Position numbers and translations under genes: made by a program
Assembly (NCBI GenBank): GCA_030754655.1
Contig: JASLZX010000001.1
Coordinates: 14,400-78,399, forward strand
DNA from: Candidatus Poseidoniia archaeon
GTDB lineage: Archaea; Thermoplasmatota; Poseidoniia; MGIII; CG-Epi1
Length of the DNA stretch: 64,000 nt
Reading direction: 5' to 3'
Part shown: piece after piece, positions 9,829 to 18,955 of the stretch
Position numbering within the stretch: the stretch's first letter is position 1
Layout of the letters: each line of letters begins with the position of its first letter
Notes under the pieces: model-generated
Databases searched by the model: none
The model's input: only the letters and a program-made list of their open reading frames with translations
What the model was told of the DNA's origin: nothing

Positions 9829-10635
9829 CTAGCCACTAAACGCGACATCAAGTACCATCATAACAGAGAAACCCAACATCACACCCATTGTGGCGATGTC
9901 TCCATGACCCCCTCGATGTGCCTCAGGTACCAGTTCTTCGACCACCACGAAAATCATCGCGCCAGCAGCAAATGCGAGTGCATATGGAAGGAGCGGGTCC
10001 ATGTACACTACCACGGCAGCGCCCAGAACTGCGGCAATTGGTTCTACCAGAGCAGATAGCTGGCCCCACCAGAAGCTCTTTTTCCTTGAAAGACCTTCTC
10101 TCCTTAGGGGTAGGGAAACTGCAGCTCCCTCTGGAAAGTTCTGTAAGCCTATGCCTATTGCCAAGGCAATGGCGGCACCAAAACTGTCTCCTGTGGCTGC
10201 TGCACCGAATGCAACGCCAACTGCCAGTCCCTCCGGTATATTGTGAAGTGTAATTGCTGAAACAAGAAGCATACTCCTGTGCCATGTGGTCTTAATTCCC
10301 TCAGTTTCTTCAGGAGGCGCCCCGGGATGAAGGTGGGGGAGAAACCTGTCGATTATTCGCATGCAAACGCCTCCAAGCAGGAAACCAACCAGTACGGGAA
10401 GGATACCATTCAGGACTGTGCCGTCCGAGTGTTCAATCGCCGGCGCCAGCAATGACCAGAAACTGGCCGCAATCATTACGCCTGCTGCAAAACCCAGCAT
10501 CGCATCCAGAATCTTCCTGTCTACCTCCTTGAAAAAAAAGACCAGCCCGGCACCAGCAGCAGTCATACCCCAGGTGAAAAGTCCGGCTGCTAACGCTTGT
10601 TGAACCGGATGCCATCCGTCCAGAAATTCGAACAC
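9829..10635 (-). CDS. ZIP-family metal transporter (ZupT/GufA)
   Basis: [37 protein letters not shown] motifs. Confidence 0.92.
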   Translation of the reverse strand: MFEFLDGWHPVQQALAAGLFTWGMTAAGAGLVFFFKEVDRKILDAMLGFAAGVMIAASFWSLLAPAIEHSDGTVLNGILPVLVGFLLGGVCMRIIDRFLPHLHPGAPPEETEGIKTTWHRSMLLVSAITLHNIPEGLAVGVAFGAAATGDSFGAAIALAIGIGLQNFPEGAAVSLPLRREGLSRKKSFWWGQLSALVEPIAAVLGAAVVVYMDPLLPYALAFAAGAMIFVVVEELVPEAHRGGHGDIATMGVMLGFSVMMVLDVAFSG

Positions 10636-10743
10636 TATCTCAGGCTATTTTAGAGGCGTATTTAGCGTTGACCTCATACTCCACAAGAACTACGGTAAAC
10701 CAGCCTACCCAGCAGTTTTTATTCACCTACCAGTCGCCGCCCG

Positions 10744-13248
10744 ATGGCTGCCAGTATCGCATCGCCGCGCATGGAGGAGCTTTCGCGGCTCGTCGCCGCA
10801 CGACCGTGGGCGACCGTGCTGCTGGCACTGCTGGTAAGCGGGCTGGCGCTGCAACCGCTCCAGGCGATGGATACCGAGACGTCGCTCGAGGACTACCTGC
10901 CGCCGTCGAACGAGGTCAGCGCGGGGCAGGTCGCCTATGGCGACTTCCCGTTGCCGTTCTACGTCTCGGCCGTGGTCGAGGCGCCGGGCGAGAACCTGCT
11001 CTCGCGCGAGTCGCTGCAGGAATTGCTGCGGCTCGAAACGCACATGCTCGCATCACCCGAAGTGCAAACGTGGGCGTATGACACCAACGCAGTCGTGCGG
11101 TCGCCCGGCTCGGCCGTGAACTCGTCACTGGCGTTGCAGGGACTGGCGCTCGACAGCGCCCCCGATGCGACGCTGCAAGCTGCGCTGGGTGCGCTCATCG
11201 AAGACCCGCAGGCGGGCGGCATGTTCGGTGCGCCTTCCTACGAGGACGGGGCGTGGCAGGCGCGGTCGATCTTCGTCACTGTGACCGTGGACAAACAGGG
11301 CGCCTACAACGACGAAGAGTCAGAACTTGCGGTGCGCGACGCGTTCCACGGCTTCGAGAGCGAAACGCTGGTGCTGAACTCTATGGCGGCCCCCAACCAA
11401 GCGATGCAGGAAGCGTCGCAAGCAACGCTCTCGACGCTACTGCCGCTGACGCTGGGCGCGATGGCGGTGCTGCTCTGGTTCTCGCTGCGCCGCCCCACCG
11501 ACGTCGTGCTGAGTCTCGGCACGGTGATGATGGCATTGCTCTGGATGTTCGCTGCCGGTGAACTGCTCGGCCTGCGCTTCTCGCAATATACCTTCATCGC
11601 GCCGATACTGGTGCTGGCGCTGGGCGTTGACGACGCCATCCACATCCTGCACCGCTATCGCGCTGACCACTACCGCGGGCCGGAGCGGGCGCTGCGCATC
11701 TCGGTGCGGCTCGTCGGGACGGCACTGCTACTGACAACGCTGACGACCATGGCTGCCTTCGGCGCCAACCGCATTTCCGAAGTGCCGGCGATTCGCGATT
11801 TCGGCGTCCACGTCGCGCTCGGCATCGGCGCCGCGTTCGTCCTGACCACCACTTTCCTGCCGGCAGCGCGGCTGCTGCTCGACCGCTGGCTCGACCCTGA
11901 CCTGAAGGCTCTCGAGGATAGTTCGATGCTGGCGCCAGCGCTCGGCGCGCTGGCGACTGCTTCGCAAGCGCGACCGCTGACGGTGATTGCGGTCGCGCTG
12001 CTGCTCACGGGCGGCTCGCTCTGGGCAGCGGTCCAGCTCGACCAAGAGCTGGAGATGCAGGACCTGATTGACCCCACTTCCGAGATGTATCGCGCGTGGG
12101 TCATCTACGAACGTGACTTCGCGACCACGTCAGGCGAGGCGGCGGGATTGCTGGTCGAGGGCGACGACCTGATGCGGCCCGAAGTGTTGCGCGCGCTGCT
12201 CGAAACGCAGGCGGCGATGGCAAACGACTCGAAGGTGGCGCAGCTGGGCGGCCAGCCACGCGTCTGGTCCATCGCGAACGTCATGCAGCAGGCGTTCTCG
12301 CTGATGGCGCCGCAGCTCGGCATGGCCGACAGCGATGGTGACGGGCTGCCCGACAGCGCTGCCGAGACGCAGCAGCTGCTCGGAATCCTGCTGGCGCAGG
12401 GCGCCGGCGACCTGACGCCGACCGAGATCAGGGCGTTCGTGCGGCCCGACGCCAACGGCAGCGCTGACGGGATGCTCATCCGCGTCTCCAGCGCCGACAT
12501 CGGGACCATGGGCGGCGAGGTGCTGCTGGAGGAGCTGGAGGAGGACGCCGCGCCGCTCGAGGCGCTAGGGCTCGAGGCGACCCCGTATGGTCAGCCGATT
12601 GAACGCTACCAGATGATGAGCACCATGACCGACGGGATGCTCAAGTCGCTGGCGCTCTCCATCGTCATTTGCCTGGGTTTGTTGATAGCGTTGCGCCGCT
12701 CGTGGGTCGAAGGCGTCGAGGCGATTGTGCCGGTGCTGCTGGTGACCGCGTGGGTCTACGGCACCATCTGGGCGCTCGGCTGGAGCCTGAACCTGGTCAC
12801 CGTCTCGATTGCCGCCATCACCATCGGCGTCGGCGTCGACTTCGCAGTGCACCTGCTCCATCGCTACCGCGAGGCGCTGGCGGAGGGCGACCTGCCCGAA
12901 ACGGCGATGGTCACGGCAGTGCAGCACGCCGGGACACCCATCACCGGCGCGGCGCTGACGACCGCGGCCGGCTTCGGTATGCTCTCATTCTCGTCGATGA
13001 CCGTCTTCAGCCAGTTCGGAATCCTGACCGCGGCGATGATACTCTACGCGCTCGCGGCGACGCTGCTGGTACTGCCGGCAGTCGTGCTGACCGTCACCGA
13101 ATACCGCGCCCCGCCCGCCTTTCCGCCGCGCGCCGACGCGGGCGCCAGCGGCGCGCCCGACAACGTCTGGGGCGAGAATGACGGGAGTATGCCAAACACA
13201 CCGCCCCGGCGGGTGGTGCGGCGCGTGAAGAAAGTACGTCGGCGCTAG
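10744..13248 (+). CDS. MMPL/RND-family membrane transporter
   Basis: Two TM halves with LGVDDAIH and GVGVDFAVH signature motifs and two large extracytoplasmic loops. Confidence 0.9.
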   Translation: MAASIASPRMEELSRLVAARPWATVLLALLVSGLALQPLQAMDTETSLEDYLPPSNEVSAGQVAYGDFPLPFYVSAVVEAPGENLLSRESLQELLRLETHMLASPEVQTWAYDTNAVVRSPGSAVNSSLALQGLALDSAPDATLQAALGALIEDPQAGGMFGAPSYEDGAWQARSIFVTVTVDKQGAYNDEESELAVRDAFHGFESETLVLNSMAAPNQAMQEASQATLSTLLPLTLGAMAVLLWFSLRRPTDVVLSLGTVMMALLWMFAAGELLGLRFSQYTFIAPILVLALGVDDAIHILHRYRADHYRGPERALRISVRLVGTALLLTTLTTMAAFGANRISEVPAIRDFGVHVALGIGAAFVLTTTFLPAARLLLDRWLDPDLKALEDSSMLAPALGALATASQARPLTVIAVALLLTGGSLWAAVQLDQELEMQDLIDPTSEMYRAWVIYERDFATTSGEAAGLLVEGDDLMRPEVLRALLETQAAMANDSKVAQLGGQPRVWSIANVMQQAFSLMAPQLGMADSDGDGLPDSAAETQQLLGILLAQGAGDLTPTEIRAFVRPDANGSADGMLIRVSSADIGTMGGEVLLEELEEDAAPLEALGLEATPYGQPIERYQMMSTMTDGMLKSLALSIVICLGLLIALRRSWVEGVEAIVPVLLVTAWVYGTIWALGWSLNLVTVSIAAITIGVGVDFAVHLLHRYREALAEGDLPETAMVTAVQHAGTPITGAALTTAAGFGMLSFSSMTVFSQFGILTAAMILYALAATLLVLPAVVLTVTEYRAPPAFPPRADAGASGAPDNVWGENDGSMPNTPPRRVVRRVKKVRRR

Positions 13249-13796
13249 GCGTGCTGGAGCCGCTCGCGGAGCCTGTCCTTCAGGTGTGGGTTGCGGCCGT
13301 GCGGCTTCTTGGGCATGTCACACTCACCCTCACCGGAGCTGCACGCCTCCAGCTTGGCGAGCCGCTCGGTGAGCCGCTCCTCGAGTGCATCCAGCTTTTC
13401 ATCGTCGGCCGGGCAATCCTCGGAGGCGCGGCACTCGGCGATGCGATCCAGCGCCGCCTGCGTGCGCGCGGTCATTTTCTCGAGCGTCGCCTCGCGGTGC
13501 TCCTCGCGCTTTGCGTCGCGCTCGGCCTTGCACGCCTCGCGGTCAGCGGCGCATTCCGCCAGCTTCGTCTGGCGCGTCTCGAGTCGCTCCTTGAGCGCAT
13601 CGAGCCGCGACGTGTCGGCGTCATCCGGTAGATTCTCGCGGAAGTCGGCCAGTCGCGCTAGCCGCTTCTCGATGTGTTCTTGCAGCCTCACCAGCCGGTC
13701 CGGCCGCTCGCCTTCAGCCTCACCTTCCGCAACAACTGCGCCAGCAAGTGTGCCGACGAATAACAGGGCGGCAAAAAGAGCCGTGATTTTCGACAT
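13245..13796 (-). CDS. Secreted coiled-coil protein with paired-cysteine repeats (hypothetical)
   Basis: Signal-peptide-like MSKITALFAALLFVGTLAGAVVA, E/R/K/A/L-rich helices, three C-x5/6-C motifs; TATA box ~25 nt upstream of ATG 13796. Confidence 0.7.
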   Translation of the reverse strand: MSKITALFAALLFVGTLAGAVVAEGEAEGERPDRLVRLQEHIEKRLARLADFRENLPDDADTSRLDALKERLETRQTKLAECAADREACKAERDAKREEHREATLEKMTARTQAALDRIAECRASEDCPADDEKLDALEERLTERLAKLEACSSGEGECDMPKKPHGRNPHLKDRLRERLQHA

Positions 13797-13815
13797 AGTC
13801 CGAATGCAGATACTG

Positions 13816-13850
13816 GGTATATAAAAGGGTGCCAAATATTTTTTGCACCA
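13816..13850 (-). promoter_or_regulatory. TATA box plus adjacent palindromic operator-like site
   Basis: Minus-strand TTTTATATA at 13818-13826; inverted repeat GGTGC-caaatatttttt-GCACC at 13828-13849. Confidence 0.5.
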
Positions 13851-13950
13851 ACGTCATCGATGTGACAACGCTGTCTGTTTGCTCACATTGGAATGTAGAC
13901 TGCCGCCGTCGCTGAAACCAGCCTTATAGCGGTGGGGCGCATGCGCGCGC

Positions 13951-14904
13951 GTGGGCCTCTTCAACCCCGCCAGATTTGCGAAGGAGGCAGTCGCCGCCAT
14001 CGAGAAGCAGGTCCAGGGACGGGCGATTATCGCCGCCTCGGGTGGTGTCGATTCTATGGCGGCGGCGGTGCTCGCGTCGCAGGCGCTGGGCGAGCAGCTG
14101 CTGGCGGTGCACGTTGATACTGGCTACATGCGACAGGACGAATCGACGGTGGTCGGTCGCATGCTCGTTGATATGAAAGTCAACCACCACGTGGTTGACG
14201 CCAGCGACCGTTTCTACGCGGCGCTGGAGGGAGTGACCGACCCCGAGCTGAAGCGCACGCGCATCGGCGAGCTTTTTATACGCGTCTTCGAGGAAGAGGC
14301 GCGCGGTTTCGACGCGAAATGGCTGGTGCAGGGGACCATCGCGCCCGACTGGATTGAGTCGGGCGGCGGGCTGCGCGACACCATCAAGTCGCACCACAAC
14401 GTCGGCGGCCTGCCGGAGGACATGGAAATGGAACTCTGCGAGCCGCTGCGCGAGCTCTACAAGGACGAGGTGCGCGCGCTGGCGGAACACCTCGGCGTTG
14501 CGGTCGCGCAGCGTCAGCCGTTCCCCGGCCCCGGGCTGGCGGTGCGGGTGATGGGCGAGGCGACCCGAGAGCGCACCGCGCTGGTGCGGCAGGCGTGCTA
14601 CATCGTCGAGCAGGAACTCGAGACTGCCGCGGAGGCGGGCGAGATGGAACTGCCGTGGCAGTATTTCGCCGTCCTGCTCCCGGTGCGCACCGTGGGGGTG
14701 CAGGGCGACGTCCGCGCCTACGGCCACACGATTGCCGTGCGGGCGGTCCAGAGCTACGATGCGATGACTGCGCAGGCGTCAGCGATGCCGTGGGGAGTGC
14801 AGCAGCGCATCTCGCGCCGCATCACCAACGAACTCAAGGAAGACATCAACCGGGTGGTTTACGACGTCACAGACAAGCCGCCTGGAACTATAGAGTGGGA
14901 ATGA
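13951..14904 (+). CDS. guaAB: GMP synthase subunit B (ATP-pyrophosphatase subunit)
   Basis: SGGVDS, QGTIAPDWIES, IKSHHNVGGLP, PFPGPGLAVR, KPPGTIEWE; no glutaminase domain (archaeal split form). Confidence 0.96.
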   Translation: MGLFNPARFAKEAVAAIEKQVQGRAIIAASGGVDSMAAAVLASQALGEQLLAVHVDTGYMRQDESTVVGRMLVDMKVNHHVVDASDRFYAALEGVTDPELKRTRIGELFIRVFEEEARGFDAKWLVQGTIAPDWIESGGGLRDTIKSHHNVGGLPEDMEMELCEPLRELYKDEVRALAEHLGVAVAQRQPFPGPGLAVRVMGEATRERTALVRQACYIVEQELETAAEAGEMELPWQYFAVLLPVRTVGVQGDVRAYGHTIAVRAVQSYDAMTAQASAMPWGVQQRISRRITNELKEDINRVVYDVTDKPPGTIEWE

Positions 14905-15101
14905 ATATGTTTTGTATTAAAGCCGAAATACCTCAAGAAATATGTGATGTTGATGATGAGTTAAAGGCAATTTATCACAGCAAAGATTGTGTTTGTATTT
15001 GGGTGTTTGAGAAAAGAGAAGATAGAAATAGATTCGTGGATGAAACTGCCGGTATAATGAAAGACGAAAGACAAAGGCATTTTGAGAACTTTTATTCATA
15101 A
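14901..15101 (+). CDS. Small AT-rich hypothetical protein (66 aa, MNMFCIKAEIPQEIC...)
   Basis: ATG overlaps the guaAB stop (ATGA); frame open to TAA 15101; ~30% GC. Confidence 0.7.
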   Translation: MNMFCIKAEIPQEICDVDDELKAIYHSKDCVCIWVFEKREDRNRFVDETAGIMKDERQRHFENFYS

Positions 15102-15106
15102 TTCTC

Positions 15107-15120
15107 TTTTTTGTAAAAAA
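15107..15120. terminator. Bidirectional oligo-T terminator candidate
   Basis: TTTTTT-GT-AAAAAA gives a T6 tract on each strand between the convergent small ORF and tRNA-Met. Confidence 0.5.
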
Positions 15121-15123
15121 TCA

Positions 15124-15199
15124 TGGTGCCGGGAGCGGGGTTTGAACCCGCGACCTCCGGATTATGAGTCCGGCGCGCTACCAACTACGCCACCCCGGC
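15124..15199 (-). tRNA. tRNA-Met (CAT), probably elongator, intron-less, CCA encoded
   Basis: Reverse complement GCCGGGGTGGCGTAGTTGGTAGCGCGCCGGA-CT-CAT-AA-TCCGGAGGTCGCGGGTTCAAACCCCGCTCCCGGCACCA folds as a cloverleaf; G1:C72 argues against initiator. Confidence 0.93.
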
Positions 15200-15280
15200 A
15201 CGCGGTGCGGCGGACGGCGGGCGCCATAAAAGGATTAAGACTCGGGCGGGCTTTTTAGCGGGCGCCAACTGCCGCACGCG

Positions 15281-18200
15281 ATGGCAGACGACTCCGTCGG
15301 GGATTACAACCCGGTAGCGCTCGAACAGGCGGTCGCCGCGCGCTGGGCGGCCGACGGCACGTTCGCGCGGCAGGTGGCGCAGCGCGAGGGGGCGCAGCCG
15401 TTCGTATTCCTGGAGGGGCCACCGACTGCCAATGGCCGTCCGGGTATCCACCACGTCGTCTCGCGGACCTACAAGGACCTGGTCTGCCGCTGGCGAGCGA
15501 TGCAGGGGCGCTACGTCGAGCGTAAGGGGGGCTGGGACACCCACGGGCTGCCGGTCGAAATCGAGGTGCAGAAAGCGCTCGGACTGGGGACGAGCAGCGA
15601 AATCGAGGCTTACGGCATCGAGAAGTTCAACACCGCCTGCCGGGAATCCGTCTGGACCTACGAGTCGGCGTGGCGCGAGATGACCGAGCGCATGGGATTC
15701 TGGGTCGACATGGATGACCCCTACGTTACGCTCCACGACGACTACATCGAGTCGACGTGGTGGTCGCTGAAGCAGATGTTCGATAAGGGGCTACTCTACC
15801 GCGACTACAAGGTGCTGCCCTACTGCCCGCAGACCGGCACGAGTTACAGCAGCCACGAGGTTGCGCTGGGCTACAAGGAAGTCAGCGAGCCTTCGCTCTA
15901 CGCCCGCTTCCGGCTGGTCGACGACGACGCGTCCATCCTGGCGTGGACCACAACGCCCTGGACGCTGCCGGGCAACGTCGGCCTTGCTGTCGGGCCGGAC
16001 GTCACCTACTGCCGCGTGCGCGTCACCGCGCCGCCCGAGGGCTGGACCGGCCCCGGCGGCGCCGCGGTGGGCGACGAACTTATTCTCGCCAAGGAGTTGC
16101 TGAAGGCGACGCTGCGCCACCAGGCCGAGGTACTGGAGGAATTCCCCGGCTCTGAACTTGTCGGCCGGCGCTACGAGCCGCTATTTCCCGGCGCGATTGA
16201 CGCCGGCGGCTCCGACACGGCGTGGACCATCGTCGCGGCCGACTTCGTCACCACCACTGAGGGGACCGGCATCGTCCACACCGCCGTCATGTATGGCGAG
16301 GACGATTTCAATCTGGGACGCGCCGTCGGGCTGCCCGAAGTGCACACTGTCGGCGCTGACGGCCGCTTCGTGACGGGCGTGCATCCTGACCTTGACGGGC
16401 GTTACGTCAAAGAGTGCGACGGCGATATTATCGGCCTGCTCGACGACGCGGGGCGGCTCTACCGCACCGAGGATTACACCCACGACTACCCCCACTGCTG
16501 GCGCACCGACCAGCCACTGCTCTACTACGCCATGGATTCGTGGTTCGTGCGGATGACTGCCGTGCGGGAGCGCCTGCTGGAGCACAATGCGCAGGTCGAA
16601 TGGGCGCCGACGTGGGTCGGCGAGAAGCGATTTGGCGAGTGGATTGAGAACGTCAAGGACTGGGCCATCAGCCGCGAGCGGTTCTGGGGCACGCCGCTGC
16701 CGGTCTGGCGCTGCGAGTGCGGCCACCAGCACTGCATCGGCTCGCGCGCTGAGCTGCGCGAGCTGGCGCTTGACCCCGCCACCGTCCCGGAGGACTTGCA
16801 CCGCCCCTACATCGACGCGGTGAAGCTGCGGTGCAGCGAGTGCGGCGGCGAGATGGCACGCGAGCCGTTCGTGATGGATTGCTGGTTCGACTCGGGCTGC
16901 GCCAGCTTCGCGCAATGGCACTATCCCTTCGCGGAGGACGGGAAATTCGAGGCGAATTTCCCGGTCGACTACATCTGCGAGGGGGTCGACCAGACGCGCG
17001 GCTGGTTCTATTCGCTGCTGGCGGTCGCGACTACAGTCTTCGACTCGCCCTGCTACCGTAGCTGCCTGTCGCTGGGGCTGATTCTTGACCACGAAGGCAA
17101 GAAGATGTCCAAGTCGCGCGGCAACATCGTCAACCCGGGCGACCATTTCGACCGCGAAGGCGCCGACGCCGTGCGCTGGTATATGGTGACGGCGGGCGCC
17201 CCATGGGCTGAACTACGGTTTGATGCCAAAGGGCTGCGCGAAACCTTCGCGCGCTTCTTCCTGACGTTGTGGAACACCTACCGCTTCCACGCTGACTACG
17301 CCGCGCTCGACGACTTCGACCCAGGCGCGGAGCCGCCCCCGCTGGCGCCGCTCGACCGCTGGGCGCTCTCGCGGCTCTCTACCGTCGTCGAGGAATATAC
17401 TGCGCTTTTCGAGCAGTGGCGCTTCCACCGCGCGGCGCGGCTACTGGAGGAGTTTGTCGTCGACGACGTCAGCAACTGGTATGTGCGACGGTCGCGGCGG
17501 CGGCTCTGGAGCGACGCGCCGTCGGAGGACAAGACCGCCTGCCAGCATACGCTGCACACATTGCTCGCGACCGTCTGCCGATTGATGGCGCCAATTGCGC
17601 CTTACATGAGCGACCATATCCACCACGCACTGGCGGGCAGCAGCGTCCATCTCGCCGACTGGCCGGCGCCTGCGGAGCGCGACGTCGCGCTCGAGGAGCA
17701 AATGGCGCTGGTGCGCGCACTGGCTGAAGCGGGGCGCCGCGTGCGCGCCGAGTCGCAGCGGCGGCAGCGGCTGCCGTGCCGCGCCGGCTGGATTGTGGGC
17801 GGCCCCGACATCGCACAGTTCCATTCGCTACTGGCGGAGGAGCTGAACGTCGAATCGCTGACGATCGAGCCGAAGCTGAAGAAGTTCCAGCAGGTCGAGC
17901 TGCGCCCCAATTTCGGCACGCTCGGCGCGAAGGTTAAGGGCGATCTGCCCGCCGTCAAGGCGGCGCTCGAAGCGCTTGACCCTGAGGAGGGTGCCGCTGC
18001 GCTCGAGGACGGCCGGCTGGAGCTAGCCGGCCACGCCATCGCCCCGGAGGATGTCGATCTGCTGCGTGTCGAGCGTCCCGGCTTCGCCGCTGCGACGCTC
18101 GATTCGGGCGTTTCGCTGGTGCTCGACATGGCGGTCAACGACGCGCTGCTCTCGAAGGGACTGGCGCGCGAAATCACCCGCCGCGTGCAGGCGCAGCGCA

Positions 18201-18409
18201 AGGCGCTCGATTTGGCAATCGAGGACCGCATCGCGCTCGAGGTGTGGCTGCCCGACGGGACGCCCGAACTGGCTGCCGCCGACTGGGAGTGGGTGCAGTC
18301 AGAGACCCGCGCCGCTGACGCAAAACTGCACCGCGAGGTGGCGCCGAAGCGGACGGAGCGCTTCGAGGTCGACGGCGTCGCGCTGGGCTTCACCGCCCGC
18401 CACGCTTAA
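15281..18409 (+). CDS. ileS: Isoleucyl-tRNA synthetase
   Basis: EGPPTANG, GWDTHGLPVE, AWTTTPWTLPGN, DWAISRERFWGTP, EGVDQTRGWF, KMSKS. Confidence 0.97.
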   Translation: MADDSVGDYNPVALEQAVAARWAADGTFARQVAQREGAQPFVFLEGPPTANGRPGIHHVVSRTYKDLVCRWRAMQGRYVERKGGWDTHGLPVEIEVQKALGLGTSSEIEAYGIEKFNTACRESVWTYESAWREMTERMGFWVDMDDPYVTLHDDYIESTWWSLKQMFDKGLLYRDYKVLPYCPQTGTSYSSHEVALGYKEVSEPSLYARFRLVDDDASILAWTTTPWTLPGNVGLAVGPDVTYCRVRVTAPPEGWTGPGGAAVGDELILAKELLKATLRHQAEVLEEFPGSELVGRRYEPLFPGAIDAGGSDTAWTIVAADFVTTTEGTGIVHTAVMYGEDDFNLGRAVGLPEVHTVGADGRFVTGVHPDLDGRYVKECDGDIIGLLDDAGRLYRTEDYTHDYPHCWRTDQPLLYYAMDSWFVRMTAVRERLLEHNAQVEWAPTWVGEKRFGEWIENVKDWAISRERFWGTPLPVWRCECGHQHCIGSRAELRELALDPATVPEDLHRPYIDAVKLRCSECGGEMAREPFVMDCWFDSGCASFAQWHYPFAEDGKFEANFPVDYICEGVDQTRGWFYSLLAVATTVFDSPCYRSCLSLGLILDHEGKKMSKSRGNIVNPGDHFDREGADAVRWYMVTAGAPWAELRFDAKGLRETFARFFLTLWNTYRFHADYAALDDFDPGAEPPPLAPLDRWALSRLSTVVEEYTALFEQWRFHRAARLLEEFVVDDVSNWYVRRSRRRLWSDAPSEDKTACQHTLHTLLATVCRLMAPIAPYMSDHIHHALAGSSVHLADWPAPAERDVALEEQMALVRALAEAGRRVRAESQRRQRLPCRAGWIVGGPDIAQFHSLLAEELNVESLTIEPKLKKFQQVELRPNFGTLGAKVKGDLPAVKAALEALDPEEGAAALEDGRLELAGHAIAPEDVDLLRVERPGFAAATLDSGVSLVLDMAVNDALLSKGLAREITRRVQAQRKALDLAIEDRIALEVWLPDGTPELAAADWEWVQSETRAADAKLHREVAPKRTERFEVDGVALGFTARHA

Positions 18410-18433
18410 GCGGAGGCGGAGCCTGCGGGCGCG

Positions 18434-18955
18434 ATGGAGTTCCGCAAGGCGACCGACAGCGAAATCGTTGCCGCCGCGGTCGCGACGCTCGTAGCTTCGG
18501 GCCACGTCGGGACGCAGGGCGAAATGCAGCGGCGGGTGCTGGCACGGCTCCACGAAGAGGACGGCGAATTCCGACTCGGCGCCGAACGGATGCGGCGGGT
18601 GATGGTGCACTCTGGCCGCGTCAAGCTGGACATCCGCACCCGCTCGGTCGGCGCGGCGCCGGAGCCTGACGATACCGACCTGCGGCGGATGGGCATGCGC
18701 TACGACCCAGTCGTCAAGCGCTGGCGCCGCGTCCGCGAAGGGGATGACCTTACGGGGCACCACCACCACCGCGGCGAGTTCGCCGCCCCTGGCGTCCCGT
18801 GCCCGGTCTGCCGCGAGCCGCTGGCAAAGGTGCACAACGCGACGCTCTCGGGTGGCCGCGTCGCCATCGGCTTCCGCTGTCCACTCTGCCGCTACACGAC
18901 GGGACACCGCTGGCGCGAGCCGGCGCGCTACGGCTTCTCACTGCGGGAGGAGTGA
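18434..18955 (+). CDS. Hypothetical protein with C-terminal zinc ribbon
   Basis: CPVC...CPLC; fills the gap between ileS and the next gene, with a TGATG overlap downstream. Confidence 0.7.
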   Translation: MEFRKATDSEIVAAAVATLVASGHVGTQGEMQRRVLARLHEEDGEFRLGAERMRRVMVHSGRVKLDIRTRSVGAAPEPDDTDLRRMGMRYDPVVKRWRRVREGDDLTGHHHHRGEFAAPGVPCPVCREPLAKVHNATLSGGRVAIGFRCPLCRYTTGHRWREPARYGFSLREE

